NCBI RefSeq assembly: GCF_009914755.1 | Contig: NC_060929.1 | Length of the DNA: 64,000 bases | DNA from: the human T2T-CHM13v2.0 reference genome, Homo sapiens | Reading direction: 5' to 3' (one strand) | In this document: positions 42,365 through 61,923 of the stretch, in pieces | How the letters are laid out: each line of letters opens with the position of its first letter | Numbering within the stretch: the first letter of the stretch is position 1 | Made by a program: the position numbers and the translations under genes | The notes under the pieces: generated by a model | Told to the model about the DNA's origin: nothing | What the model saw: only the letters and a program-made list of their open reading frames with translations | Databases searched by the model: none

Positions 42365-45300
42365 TTATAACTGAAATGACTTTAAAAACAGACAACTATA
42401 TGAAACAATAGTTTTAAGATATTAGACATCAGGCAGTAAAGGATGGCAATCCTTGAGAGATGAGAAACAAATGAAGTGACCCAGTTTACTTCCTTGAGAA
42501 AATTTCCAGGACAAACACAAGAAAAGGAGCCCAGGCAGACAACAGCAGACTCTCAGAGTTAAGCAGAAATAACTAAGAATCTGTGGAGACCAGGGCAAAG
42601 GACAAAAAAAATTGAAAGATGCTCAGAGAGAGAACTCCAGATATTTGCAGAGTATTCAGCAGAGTATTGATTAGTGCATGTATGTAAAGAAACTACCAGA
42701 ACCTGGGAAAAGAAATACCTGAAAGAATAAGAGAAAACAATTGGAGTTTATTTTTAAAGCCAAGATTCATGCCTGTTCCTGCCAGACAGAGTGGAAAACT
42801 TTACAATTCTTGAAGTACTGGGAAGAGTGTGCAGAATGATGTTGCCTCAGTAGTGGGGAATTATTAGCTCTAGATTAAAATCTTGCTCTCGTGCCACCTA
42901 ATAAATCAGACCTGAAAGGATCAAAGCATTCCCAAGTAACTTAACAAAACTGCAGAACAATGGTTCAAAAATATATATTAGAACACAAAATTATCTAGCA
43001 TTCAACAAAGTAAAATTTACTATATCTGGCATCAAATCAAGAATTATCAGGCATGTGTAGACTTAATGTTTTCCCCGTTAGGTCAGGAACAAGGCAAGAG
43101 TATTCACTCTCATCACACATTTGACATAGTACTGGGAATTCTGCCCGATAAAATAACACAAGAAAACAAAATTACAAGCATAAACATACAGATCAGAACG
43201 GGAAGAAATAAAAGTGTCTATATATGTGCATGATATGAATGATTTGCTATGTAGAAATGCAAAGGATTTTATAAGAAATGCCTAGAACTGGAGTGATGTC
43301 AAAATATGGCAGAATAGGACACTCCTGACTATCCCTCCTCCCCAGATGCCCAAATAGACACCTACACATGGATCAATTACCTTCCAAAGAAAGCCAGAAC
43401 TAGTTGAAAGACCCCCGTGCACTGAAGAATTAAGAAAATATCCACATTGAAGTGAGTAGGAAAAGCAGAGAAAGACTCATGCACAAACTCCACCCTGAGC
43501 ACACCACTTTAGGATTCCCATCTCCTAGGTTTTTCCTGAGGAGTGAAGGGTTCCTACAACACATATGGTACCCCAGCTTTTATGATCCCTGCCAGCAGGT
43601 TTGGCTCTTAAATCACCTTGCATGGAGAGCAGCAGGGATTTGGCATTGGATAATTTCTTTGAAGCACAAAGATCACAGAAGTGGTTTTGAATCATGCAAA
43701 CACTCTCAGCAGCTGTAGCTCCTGGGTTCAGTCCAGCTTCTGGCTTCTTTCTGGAAGGAGTTTGCACACTTCCCAAGCACCACCCTGAGGTCTGGTTTCT
43801 GACTAGCCTGCACATGGGAGCTTATGTGGCAAATAAAGAATAAACCTCCTCCAGCCTCAATGGGAAGGACAGCACTCCTGTGCCTTCCACCTCAGCTTAC
43901 AACAGCAATAAATCCAGGTCTGCAGACTCTCCCTGAAGGGAGGTTGTGAGACTTTTGCAAGCTTGAACAAGAGAGTGAGTAATCCTCCACATTTTCTCTA
44001 CTGGCATGCTACAGCAAAAAATCCAGGTCTGAAGACTTTCCCTAGAAAGAATTTCTGCATGCATCAAGTGCCCCAAAGCGCAGTCTGAATGAGAGTGCAA
44101 GCATCCGTCACAGAACCTCTTGGTTTAAATCAGAATGAATGAGAGCGAAAATGTGGCTCTCAGTTTCTCCCTGAGGAAAGAAGTAACTGTAACACATATC
44201 TGACACCCCAGTTCTCCAAGCTGCATTTTGAGAAACTGGCTTTTATTTCACCTTTCTCAGGGCACTAGCATGACTTGGACCACTCTAATTTCCTGGAAGC
44301 TACTGAGAACAAAATCAGTGAGTTGGATAAGCTCAAAGAGTTGAGAGGCACTTAGAATCTCTGGCTGGGCTGATTGGTGAGGACCATCTCCTGCATGAGT
44401 CTAGTATAACAAGATTGGGAGAGGTAGTTGTTGTATCTAATATACAGAAACCATCATAGAGAGTCAAAGAAAATGAAAAAACAAGAATTTTTTTTCCAAA
44501 TAAAAGAACAATATAAATCCCCAGAAGCCAACCCTAATGAAATGGACATATGTGATTTATCTGACAGGGAATCAATAAACAGTCATAAATATGCTTATTG
44601 AGATCAAGACAGCAATGCATGAACAAACTTAGAATTTTAACAAAGAGAAATAATTTTAAAGTTACAAAACAGAAATTATAGAGCTGAAGAACACAGTAAC
44701 TGGACTAAATTCAATAGAAGGGTTCAATAACAGACTATATCAAGTGAAAGAAATTACTTATGAGCTGGAAGACAGGTCATTGGAAATCATCTCATCTAAA
44801 AAGAAAGAATAAATGAATGAAAAAAGTCAAGACAGTTTAACGAACTTTTGGAAAACCAGCAAGCAGAAAAATATACACAATCCAAGTACCTGAAGTAGGA
44901 GAGACAGAAAAAGACAGAAAACATTAAAAGAAATAAAGGAAGAAAAATTTCAAAGCCTGGAAAGGGGAAGAGAAATCCATAACCAAGAAGATCAGATGGG
45001 TAGAATACCAGATAAGATGAATCCAAAAAGTTCCATGCCAAGACACATTATGTCAAATTCTCAAAAGCTAAAAACAGAAATTTGATAGCAGCAAGGAAAA
45101 AGTGACTTGTTACATACAAGGAACTGCAATAAGACTACTAGAATATTTTTCAGCGGAAACTTTCCAGATGAGAAAAGAGCAGGATGATATATTCAAAACA
45201 CTAAAAAGAACCTCACAAAATACGATAGCCAGCAATCCTGTCATTCAAAAATGAAAGGGAGATAAAAACTTTCTCTGACAAAGCTGAGGTTTTACAGATA

Positions 45301-46755
45301 TCTAAGGGAAAATACAAAAATATAGTAATCAACTAAGTGCTAATACATTAGATAACTTAGATGAACAAATTTATGGAAAGACACAGACTACCAAAATTCA
45401 CTTAATAAGAAGTAGATAAACTGAAGACCCATGTATCAGTTTTTAAAAACTGATTTGTAGTTTTGTAGTTAAACATGTTCCCACAAAGAAAACTCAGGCC
45501 AACACAGATTCACTGGTGAATGATACCAAACATGTAAGGAAGAAATAATACAAATTCTTCATGAATTCTTTCAGAACATTAAAGAGGAGGAGATATTTCT
45601 CAAGTCATTCTATGAGGCAAGCATTACCTATACCAAAAGCTGATAAAGACATTTGAAGAGAGAACTACAGACCATTATCCTTCATGAACAAAGACACAAA
45701 AATTTTAAACTAAATTTCAACAAAACAAATGTAGCAATATATAAAAATAAAAAGACATCATAACCAAGTGCAGTTTATAGCAGAAATGCAACAATCCTTT
45801 AACACTAGAAAATCCTTCAGTATATTTCACTGTATTAAACTATAAAATACAATCTTTGTGATTATCTCACTAGATATAGGAAGAGCATTTGGCAATATCC
45901 AACAACACTTCCTGATTTGAGAATAAAAGGAAATTTTATAAATTGAAACTAAAAGGGAGTTTCCTAAACTTAATAAAGGTAATTTTTAAAAACCTATGAG
46001 AAACATCATACGTAATATTAAAAGACTGAGAGCTTTTCACCTAAAATTGGAGCAAGGTGAGGAAGTCCACTCCATGACTTCTTCTACATTGTACTGGAAG
46101 TTCTAGTCAGTGCAATAGGCCAAAAAATAAAAAAAGTGTGTACAGTTTGGAAAGGAAATAGTAAAACCATCTTTATTTGCAGATAATGTGATCTATGTAG
46201 AAAATCTGATGTATTCTACAAAAAAAGATACTAGACTTAATCAGTGAGTTTAGCAAGGTTGAAGTACACTAAATCAAAAAATATCAGATTTATTTCCATA
46301 TACTATCAATAAACAAAAAGATATTAAAGTCTTTAAAACGTGCATAATAGAATTTTTAAACATATGAAATGCTTGGGGGCAAATATATCAGAAGATGTAA
46401 AACACCTGTACACTGAAAACTACAAAACATTGCTGATAGAAATGGAAGGAGAATTGTGACATGTTCATGTAAACAAGACTCATTATTGTTACAATGTCAG
46501 TCTCCTCAGATTGATTTATAGGTTCACTGCATCTATTCAAAATTGCACAAGCTTTTGAGTAGAAATTGACAAGCTGATTTTTCAAATTTATATACAAATG
46601 AAAATGATCTAGAATAGCCAAAATAACATGACCAAAAGAAAATATTTGACGCCTAACACTACTTGATCACAAGACATACACACAGCTATGGTAATCAAGA
46701 CAGTGTGGTATTATTGTAAGGATGGACATACGAATCAATAAAGCAGAATAGACAG
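42365..46755 (+). mobile_element. Old L1M pieces (5' regions, ORF1, ORF2), continuing after the ERV at 48856
   Basis: L1 ORF2 motifs (FYEASIT, LFADNVI, LISEFSKV) on the A-rich plus strand. Confidence 0.8.
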
Positions 46756-48855
46756 TGCGGGGTCCAACCTGCAGACTCTGACCCAGTGACAGATGAAAGA
46801 TGTACACTGACAAAGATATTTTGCCTATCAGTGTGGCTAAGGGTCTCTGCTACCTGAATCTGCAGCCTCGCCCTGATAAGCTGGCGAAGTTTGCATTTAT
46901 TTAGTACAGATTAACTGACAAAGGTCTGGAGTAAACACCACTAGAGGGTAATTAACATTGCCAACCCCCTGAGCAGAGAGCACACGCGGATGACCAAAGG
47001 TTGGTCTTAGGACCATATGAGTAAACAAGCTATTTAGATAAACTTCCCCACATTCCGTTGTTATTTGCTCTTTTGCTATCAACTCATGGTAAAAAGGATT
47101 AGGCTGCCTTTAGCCAAATCTTACTGAAGCTATGCAACCCCTCCAGCCTTCCAAGAAGGTTTGTGTCTGTTTCCTATAACTATCTTTACAATTTTTCTAG
47201 CCACTTTGACTGATCTCCTACATCTCCCCCTTTTCTGTTTTCTGTATCAGGCTTTATTGATTGAAGAGGGCAGATGTGTGCAGCAACAGGTCTGTGAGGT
47301 GTGGCAGTCACTGCTCTTATTCTGGCTTTGCATCCTAGAATTAGTAAATAACAAGACAAACATAAGTATAATCAGCAACATTCTTTTCCAATCAAGGAGA
47401 GACCCCCAGGAGTGGGGGTCTATCCAAGAGAGATGATCTCACACACCCTTCCATATGGCTGTTTGTTGGGTGTGTAGATCTAAGGTGTGAAGGGATTCTA
47501 AAATTTTAGTTTTAAGTTGCCTTACATCTGCTGTTAAATTGTCATGAAAGGTCAAGTTCCCAGGAGCACTCACCGGCTCCAGGTCCATGAGTTTCCTTGC
47601 TGCTTTCCCTTCTGCCTACCACCTGCTTGGCTGCATGGCTCCGGCTTCTAATGTTTTTTCTTATCTTTATATAAGCGTTAAAAGAAGTGGGTTTATATAT
47701 CTGATTGCCTTGTCAATCTTGCATTACCAGGCAGACTAAGAGCTCCCCTTCTAATGCTGCTTGCCTAAGACATGGTCCCATAGCTGTAGCATATCCCTTG
47801 TCTTTTCTCCTATCTATTGGACGAGGGGTCTCACACAAAACCTCTGTTTCCTCTTTGTTATTTTGGCCTGGTGATCGTGGGACTGAAGGACAAGGAGGCG
47901 GTAAAGTAGGTGACAGTTCTTCCTCCTTCCCTTTTTTAGGCTCTTCTGTGTATAATGGGATGAAAGTCACCCTTACTAGAGCCCATAGCCTTAGAGATGA
48001 TACTGTGACCCATTGCCCTTGCTCATGATATTGGTTAAGATTTCTCCCCACTTGTTCCCAGAGCTCTATGCCTATTGTTGTGCCTTCTTCTGGGAACCAC
48101 GGGTTATGGAATACCACAGTTTGCATTAGGTCCCTTAATTGAGCCTGTGAAACCGAGGCTCCACTAGCTTTAAGTAGCTGTTTCAATACTTTTATATACT
48201 GTATCTGTTGAGCTGATAACTGTAGTCCCATGATGAAACCCTGGCCTGAACAATCCCCCCCGAACTTGGAAATCCTGAGTGGGCACCAATGACTTACTGA
48301 CTCACTGACTGCGCAGTCCTTTTCACCTTCATTTTCAAGGGATCCATTGTGATCCTTTTGCAGTGTTCCTCTCAGGGGGCACCACCTGCCAGGATCTGAC
48401 CCACAGACCCTGACCCGACGGATGAAAGATGTACACTGACACATATTTTGCCTGTCAGTGCGGCTAAGGGGCTCTGCTGCCTGAATCTGCAGTCTCAGCC
48501 ACGATAAGCCAGCAAAGTTTGCATTTATTTAGTACAGATTAAATGACAAGTCTCAAGTAAACACCACTAGAAGGTAATTAACATTGCTGACCCCCGAATA
48601 GAGAGCAATCATGCACCTGCGGATGATCAAAGGTTGGTCTTAGGACCACATAAGTAAACAAACTATTTAGATAAACTCCCCCACATTCCCTTGTTATTTG
48701 CTCTTTTGCTATCAACTCATGGTAAAGAGGATTAGGCTGCCTTCAGCCAAATCTTTCTGAAGCTATGCAATGCCTCCGGCCTTCCAAGAAGGTTTGTGTC
48801 TATTTCCTGTAACTATCTTTATGATTTTTCTAACCACTTTGACCGATTCCCTACA
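46756..48855 (-). mobile_element. Internally deleted HERV-K(HML-5)/LTR22 provirus, 2.1 kb
   Basis: Two LTRs of about 468 bp (48387-48855, 46756-47222), TG...CA ends, 6-bp TSD agacag/agatag, PBS tggtgccccctgagagga (tRNA-Met-like) at 48384-48367, PPT agaaaaggggga. Confidence 0.88.
47713..48231 (-). pseudogene. Betaretroviral gag N-terminus (matrix), open for 172 codons
   Basis: MGLQLSAQQIQYIKVLKQLLKASGASVS...HNPWFPEEGT...LWEQVGRNL. Confidence 0.85.
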
Positions 48856-49081
48856 AGATAGTTCAGAAATGGATCCAACTGATAAAATGACAACAAGTTT
48901 TCAACAAAAGCATGACTAAGATTGTAAATTTATGTTATGCATATTTTACCACAATTAATTTCTTAAGTGCCTGCTAAAACATATCATTAGATAAAAGTCC
49001 AAAGTATGATGAAATAAATTTTAAGATTGCACATACACTTACTATTTGATAAATCTCAGTGAGCCAAACTTCTGCTTATGA

Positions 49082-49420
<339 letters not shown>

Positions 49421-49649
49421 TAAGGTATAAGACTAGAATACAGGCCAATAAAAATATGAACTATATTTCTATATATTGCAATGAATAATTGAAAACTAAA
49501 ATTATCTTAAAAACTACCATATGATCAGTGAAAGAGGAATAAAATTAACATGTACAAAAATCTACAATAAAAGCTATTGTATTCATTACTGAAATTTATT
49601 AAGCATTAAAATTAAAAAATTAAATGAAAAGATATATCAATTTCTTTCT

Positions 49650-50090
<441 letters not shown>

Positions 50091-50733
50091 TTCAGTTTCA
50101 TTGATTAGAAAACTTATTGTTAAGTTATTGATTCTCCTCAATTGTTCTATAGATTCAACAAAACCCATTAACATTCCAACAGGACTTTTTTTTTTTTTTT
50201 TTAGAAACTGGCAAGTTCATTCTAAAATGTATATGAAAATGCAACAAGCCTTAGCAGAAGCAATCAGGAAGAACAAAGTTATGAGATGTACCTTACCTGA
50301 TTTCAAGACTTACCATAAAGCTACATTTATTAGCCTGGTATAGGCATATATATTTTTCCATTCATATGAAGTTCTAGAACATGCATAATTAACTTATGAT
50401 GAAAGAAATCAGAACAAACAACAGTGATTGCTTCAAGAGTGAGGACACACTAGATTAGGAAATTTCTGGTGTAATGGAAGTAGTCTATATTTTGATAAGA
50501 ATGTGGGTTACACTAGTTTATGCATGTTTTAAAACTTATCAAACTGTAAACTTAAGACATGTAGTATTTCATTTTGTGTTGTTTGCCACAACAAAGACAA
50601 AAAAATGAGGTGACAAATCAAAGTGATTATGTGAAACAACAGAGATTTAAAGTCTTGTAAGAAAATTAAATGTAAATGATGTAACTTACATAACATCCTT
50701 TAATTATACTCAATGTGTTCCTTCTATATTCTG

Positions 50734-51580
50734 GTCTTTGAGAAAAGGATTAAGTAACATAGTCCCTTGTATTATCAATTAGGGTTTTAGAGTTTTAAAG
50801 CAATTGGATTATTTGTAAAACTTGCTTTAATATCTATATTTGTTGGATATTTTTATCTTTCTCTGTGGAGTCTGTCTTCAGATTTATAGTCTACATTCCA
50901 TTGGTTTGTACCAGAGATTTCGTTTCTTGTCCAGGTGTCTTGAATCATATACATTACAAAAAGACACAATGGCTTTTACTGTCTTTTTAATGTTCAGATA
51001 TCTAATCCATCCAATGATGGATTTACAATGTCACTGCAAAGGAAATCAGGTCAAGCAGCAGGTAACCCTTCCAGCCTTCTCCAAACAGCTTCCAAAGTCT
51101 GTTTTAATTTCATTTTAAATCAGTTATGGCAGTGCTTTGAGTACACCAATATATGCTTGTTTGATCTTTCCTCTCCTTCCTTTAGGAAATCTCTTTTTGG
51201 TCACACTGGTACCCTTTACATGTGCTGTTGCTCTTGCCTTTGCTGTGACTCATACTAGAAATAGCCAATTTTTTTACTCAGGGTTTGAGAGGACGGTGAA
51301 AATGACATCAACTTCCTCAGCAACTTAATTATCTTACATTGGAATCAGAGACTCATATCACCATGGAAACTCAGAATCACAGAACCATAGAATCTTTGCT
51401 GCTAAGAGCACCCACAGAGTACAATTTCTCTTCGTAACTTGAAGTTGTAAAGGATCCTTGCCTGAAAATGGAGACTGTTAACTCATTTTATCTCTTGATT
51501 AGAAATACAGAGGAATTTGTTGTCACACAAAGGATAAGCATGCTGAAATTTGTTGATCACTGGTATTTAAAGTGAAATAA
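50734..51580 (-). pseudogene. Decayed V2R exons 2-4 remnant, copy B
   Basis: Ordered motifs VINK, FSGKD, YNFKLRRE, VGALSSKDS, IP|gtaag, 83-nt intron (51337-51255), D..KRFP, YIGVLKAL, LK*N* (F.WNW decayed), TVKAIVSF, NQWNV, KYPTNI, LNPFLKD. Confidence 0.65.
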
Positions 51581-51619
51581 TTGTTATATGTTGCTGATTA
51601 ATTTTTCCTTTTATCACTA

Positions 51620-55900
<4,281 letters not shown>

Positions 55901-56929
55901 ATTGTTAATAATATTATCTCTTCTAGTATGTGAACATGGGAAATCTTTTATATGACTTTTCTTCTATTTCTTTCATCATTGTTTTATAGTTTTCAGTATA
56001 CAGGTCTTCCAGCTTCTTGGTTAAATTTACCATTGGTATTTATTTGTTTTGTTGCTATTAATGAATGGAGTAGTTTATTAATTACCTTTTTGGACAGTTC
56101 ATTGCAAGTGTACAGAAAGGCTACTGATTTTTGTGTATTGATTTTATATACTGAAATTTTACTGAATTTGTTTATCAGTTCTAACAGCTTTTTGGAGGCA
56201 TCTTTTGCATATTCTGTATATAAGATTATGTCAATACACAGGGATAGTTTAACTTCTTTCTTTTCCATTTGAATGCCTTTTATTTATTTCTCTTGCCTAA
56301 CTGCTGTGGCTAGGACTTGCAGTAATATGTTCAATAGTGGTAAAGGTAGGTATCCTTGTCTTGTCTCTGGTCTCAGAGGAAAAGCTTTCAACTCTTCACC
56401 ATTGAATATAATGCTAGCTATGGGTTTCTGTATATTGCCTTTTTTGTTTTGAAGTATATTGCCTCTATACCTAATCTGTTGGGAGTTTTTTAAATCATTA
56501 AACAGTGTTGAACTTGTCAAATGTGTTCTCTGCCTCTATGGAGGTGATCCTAGGGTTTTTTTATCTTTCACTTTGCTGATACAGTATATCACCTTTATAG
56601 ATAGGTGTATATTGAATCATACTTGCATTCCAAAGATAAATTTTACTTCATCATGGTGAATAACTTTTTTGGTGTGTTGTTGAATTTGATTTACTAGTAT
56701 TTTATTGAGGATTTTTGCAACTATATTCATTTGGGGATATTGCCCTGTAGTTTTCTTATACTGTTCTTATCTGGCTTTGGTATCAAGGTAATGCTAATCT
56801 CATAGAATAAATTTAGAAGTATTCCTTCCACTTTAATTTTTGGAAGAGTTTGAGAAGGATTGATATTGTTTCTTTTTTTAAAAAAAAATGTCTTGTAGAA
56901 TTCATCAGAGATGCCATCATGTACTAGAC

Positions 56930-57298
56930 TGATATGGTTTGGCTGTGTCCCTACCCAAATCTCATCTTGAATTATAGTTCCCATAATCCCCACGTGTCAT
57001 GGGAGGGACCCAATGAGAGGTAATTGAATCAAGGGGGCAGTAACTCCCATGCTGTTCTTATGATAGTGAGTTCTCACAAGATCTGATGGTTTTATAAGGG
57101 GCTTTCCTACTTTTGCTTGGCCCTTCTCTATCATGCCATCATGTGAAGAAGGACATGTTTGCTTCCCCTTCCACCATGACTGTAAGTTTCCTGAGACCTC
57201 CCCAGCCATACAGAACTGTCATTCAATTAAAACTCTTTCTTTTATAAATTACCCAGTGTCAGATATTTCTTCATAGCACATTAGAATGGACTAATACA
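56930..57298 (+). mobile_element. THE1 (MaLR) solo LTR with 5-bp TSD
   Basis: tgatatggtttggctgtgtcc...ggactaataca flanked by tagac/tagac. Confidence 0.95.
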
Positions 57299-59431
57299 TA
57301 GACTTTTCATTGATGGAAGACTTTTTTACTGATTCAGTCTCCTTATTTGTTATTGGTCTGTTCAGGCTTTCTATTTCTTAATGAGTCTGTCTTCGTAGTT
57401 GTTATGTGTCTAGGAAGTTATCCATTTCATCCAGATTATTCAATTTGTTGAAACATAGTTGTCCATAGTAATTTCGTATGATCTTCTGTATTTCTGTCCT
57501 CTCTGTTGTAATGTCTCCTCTTTTGCTTCTGATTTTATTTGAGCCTTCTTTTTTCTTAGTGAGTCTAGGTAAGGGTTTGTCTATTTTATTTTTTTAAAAA
57601 AATTTCTTAGTTTTATTAATTTTTTCTGTTTTCCTAATCTCTTTATTTCTGTGCTGATCTTTAGTGTTTCCTTCCTTCTGATCACTTTAATTTGTTCTTC
57701 TTTTTTTAGTTCCTGGAGGTGTATTGTCAAGTGATTTATTTGAGATCTATCATCTTTTTTGATATAAGCATTTATTGGTATAAGTTTCCCTCTTAGGACT
57801 GCTTCTGCCATATCCAATAAGTTTTAGGTTATCTCAAGATTTTTTTTCACATCCATTTTCATTTCATCTGTGACCCATTGGTTGTTAGAAGCATGTTGTT
57901 TAATTTCTACATATTTGAGAATTTTCCCAGATTTCTTCTGTTTAGTATTAGGGTAATGCTAGCCTCATAGAATAAGTTTGAAGTACTGTTATTGATTTCT
58001 AGTAGTATGCCATTGTGATTGAAGAAGATACTTGTTATGACTTCAATCTTCTTAAATTTGTTAAGACCTGTTTTGTGCCTAATGTATGATCTATTCTAGA
58101 AAATGTTCTGTGTATACTTAAGAAAAATGTGTATTTTATTGTTGGATGGATTGTTCTGTATATGTCTGTTAGGTTCATTTGGTCTAAAGTACAGTTTAAG
58201 TCCGATGTTTCCTTATTGATTTTCTGTCTAGATGACCTGTCTGTTGTTAAAAGTGCAGTATTGATGTCTTCTATTATTATTATATTGCAGTCTGTCTCTC
58301 TCTTCAAATCAATAGTTCCTTTTTGTATTTAAGTGCTCTGATGTTTGGTGCCTATAAATTCACAATTGTTGTAGCCTCTTGATGAATTGACCCAATCATT
58401 ATCATATAAAGACTTTGTCTTTTCTTTATAATTTTAACTTAAAGTCTATCTTTTTCTGACAAGGGAATAGCTACTTCTTCTCTCTTTTGATTCCGATTTG
58501 TGTGGAATATCTTTTTCTATTCCTTCACTTTTAATATGTGCCCTTACTAGTAAAATGAGTATCTCGTAGGCAGCATATAGTTTGGTTATGTTTGTTACAT
58601 CTATTCAGTCTCTCTATGTCTTTTGATTGGATAATTTAATTCATTTGCATAAGAGGTAATTATTGATAGGTAAGGACCTTCTCTTGCCATTTTATAATTT
58701 ATTTTCTGGTTGCTTAGTAGATTGTTTCTTTCTTCCTCTCACTGTTTTCCATTGTGGTTTGATGGTTACCTTTGGTGGTATGCTTTTCGTACTTTCTTAC
58801 TATGTTTTGTGCAACTACTATAGGTTTTTGGCTTTGGGGCTACTGTGAGGCTTTTAAAAATCTTATTCTTATAATAGTTATTTTAAGCTGATAACAACTT
58901 AACTTTAATTGTATACAAAAATCTCTAGATTAATTTCCAAAACATCTTTTATGATATTGATGTCAAATTTTACATCTTTTTGTAATTTGTATTTCTTAAC
59001 AACGTATTGTAGCTACAGTTTTTAAAACAGTTTTATCCTGTAACCCTCATAGCAGAGATAAAATTGCTTTACTCACCACCCTTACAGTATTAGCGTATTC
59101 TGAATATTGATTATATTACTTATACCATTGAGGTCTTTTTACTTTTCTATGTTTTGTGTTATTCATTTGCAGTCTTTTATTTCAGCTTAATGAAAAAAAA
59201 TCCCTTTAGCAGTTTCTTTAAGGCAAGCCTAGTGGTGATGAAATACTTTAGCTTCTGTTTGTTTGAGAAAGTTATTTCTCCCCCATTTCTGAGCAACAGC
59301 TTTGTTAGGTAAAGTATCTTGATTAGTAGTTTTTTCACCCTTCAGCACATTATATATAGTCTGACTCTCTTCCCTGGCCTCCAGGCTTTCTGCTCAAAGA
59401 TCTGCTGATAGCCATATTGAGACTCACTTGA

Positions 59432-59479
59432 GTCTACGGCCATGCCACCCTGAACGCGCCCAATCTCATCTGATCTCAG
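59432..59479 (+). pseudogene. 5S rRNA 5' fragment (nt 1-48), tailless retrocopy
   Basis: gtctacggccatgccaccctgaacgcgcccaatctcatctgatctcag flanked by the 13-bp direct repeat gagactcacttga. Confidence 0.93.
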
Positions 59480-61177
59480 GAGACTCACTTGAATATGATG
59501 TAATTCTTATCTCTTGTTACCTTCAGAATACTTTGTCTTTGATTTTTGAAAATTTGAATATGATGTGTCCTGGTGAAATATTCTTTTGGTTGAATTTAAT
59601 TGGAGGCCAGTTGGTGTCTTATACCTGGATGCTGTTATTATTCTCCAAATTTTGAAAAATTTCAGCCATTATTTCCTTTTTTCTACATTCTCCTTCTGAA
59701 AATTATATTGTGTGAATATTCATTCTCTTGATGGTGTCTCATAATTCCCATAAGTCTTCATGATTGTTTGAAATTCTTTTCTTTTTGTTCCTCTGACTAA
59801 ATAATTTCAAATGTCTTGTCTTTAAGCTCACTGATTCTTTCTTCTGCTTGATCATGTCTTCTGTTGAAGCTTTCTACTGAATTTCTCAGTTCAGTTATTG
59901 TAGTTATTATCTCCAGGATTTATATTTTTCAGCTGTTTTTATTTCTTTGTTAAATTTCTTATTTTGTTCATGAATTGTTTTCCAAATTCCATTAATATTT
60001 AGTTTGCTATCTGCATTTTCTTGTAGTTCTCTGAGCTTCTTTAAGAGGGTTATTCTAAATTTTTTATCAGTCATTTCATAGACCTCCATTTTTCAGGGTC
60101 TATTATTGAAGATGTATTAGTTTTAGTAGTGTAATATTTCCCTAATTTTTAAATAATCCTTGTGTACTTCTAAGAGTGCCTGCATTTTTGAGGAAATAAC
60201 CACCTCTTACAACCTTTGCAGTTGTTCTTTGGCAGTGATAAACTTTTAGAATTTAAGCCAGCCTGGGATTCTGGATGGCCCAGCTAACAGCAAACCTGGA
60301 CAGGCAGACCTTGCCACCAAGTTCTCTAAGTGTGCTGGGCTGCTGTGTGTGCTGTGAGGTGAAGTGGAACTGCTCGATGTGCTCCATCGTCTGATGGGAC
60401 CACTGGCCAGACTCCAGTCAGGCAGAGCTGCTGTATGGTCTTTGCAGGTTGATTGAATAGAGTTTCAGGCTGTCTTTCCTGACTGGGTTGTAGTGCTGTT
60501 TAGAATCTGGAAGTGGGCAGGCCTACGAGCTGGGCTATAAGGTTGGGTGAGGTCTCTGGAATCACCACTTGACTGCTGGGGATTGGTGGAGCCATGCACT
60601 CCATCCGCAGATACAGTTCTGCACTTGCCTCCTGGCCTTGGGAGTGCTTAAGCGAGCTCTGGGGTTTAGTGGAGCCCCCAATAGGATGCTGGGTTTGGTT
60701 GGGGTCAGCTACTCCCTTCCACAAATATTTGTGAACCTGCACTTGCCTCCCAGCATCAGAAATGCTCAAGCAGAGCCCCAGGTCCTGGTGGAGAAGCTGG
60801 CTAAGGACTGATGCCTGGAAAAGCTGTAGGACTGTGCATCCTTGTAGAGTAATGCTGTTGGCAAGTTTCTATGATGAAGCATCTCCATTGTCCAGAATGC
60901 AGAGCCAGTGTCAAGACACTGGTCACTGTGAACCCCATCCCCACCTTTTGTTTCTAACTGACCCCAGGTGGTCTATCCCTGCTGATATCCTCAATGTTCT
61001 GTTTGGGGCAAGATAAGGTCTGGCATCCTGTAATGGGTCCCAGAATGGTGGGGAAGCAAAATATTCATCTTCAACTTTTTTTCCCACTGTAGAAACCATA
61101 GGTCCTGGGGAATCCTCTTTGTGTGGTGCTGTGCCAAAGTGAGGGAGGGGTGACACCACTAAAGTGAAACCATTCTT

Positions 61178-61469
<292 letters not shown>

Positions 61470-61626
61470 GAAACCATTCTTTTTAACCTTCAGATTTTTT
61501 TCAGTTCTGCAATCCAAGGGGCACCTCAAACTTACTCCTTTTCTCTGGGATATTTACAAAGATATGTCTGTCTATGGATAGTTGCTACTTGATTTCTGTG
61601 AGGGAGATTAGAGCCAGAGAATTTCT

Positions 61627-61923
<297 letters not shown>

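Larger units (their letters stand above)
55920..61160 (-). mobile_element. Old L1 (ORF2, ORF1, 5' region), interrupted by THE1 and a 5S retrocopy
   Basis: ORF pieces KKLLELINKFSKISVYKINTQKS, HRTFSRIDHTLG, DKKFRITLLKKLRELQEN. Confidence 0.88.
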
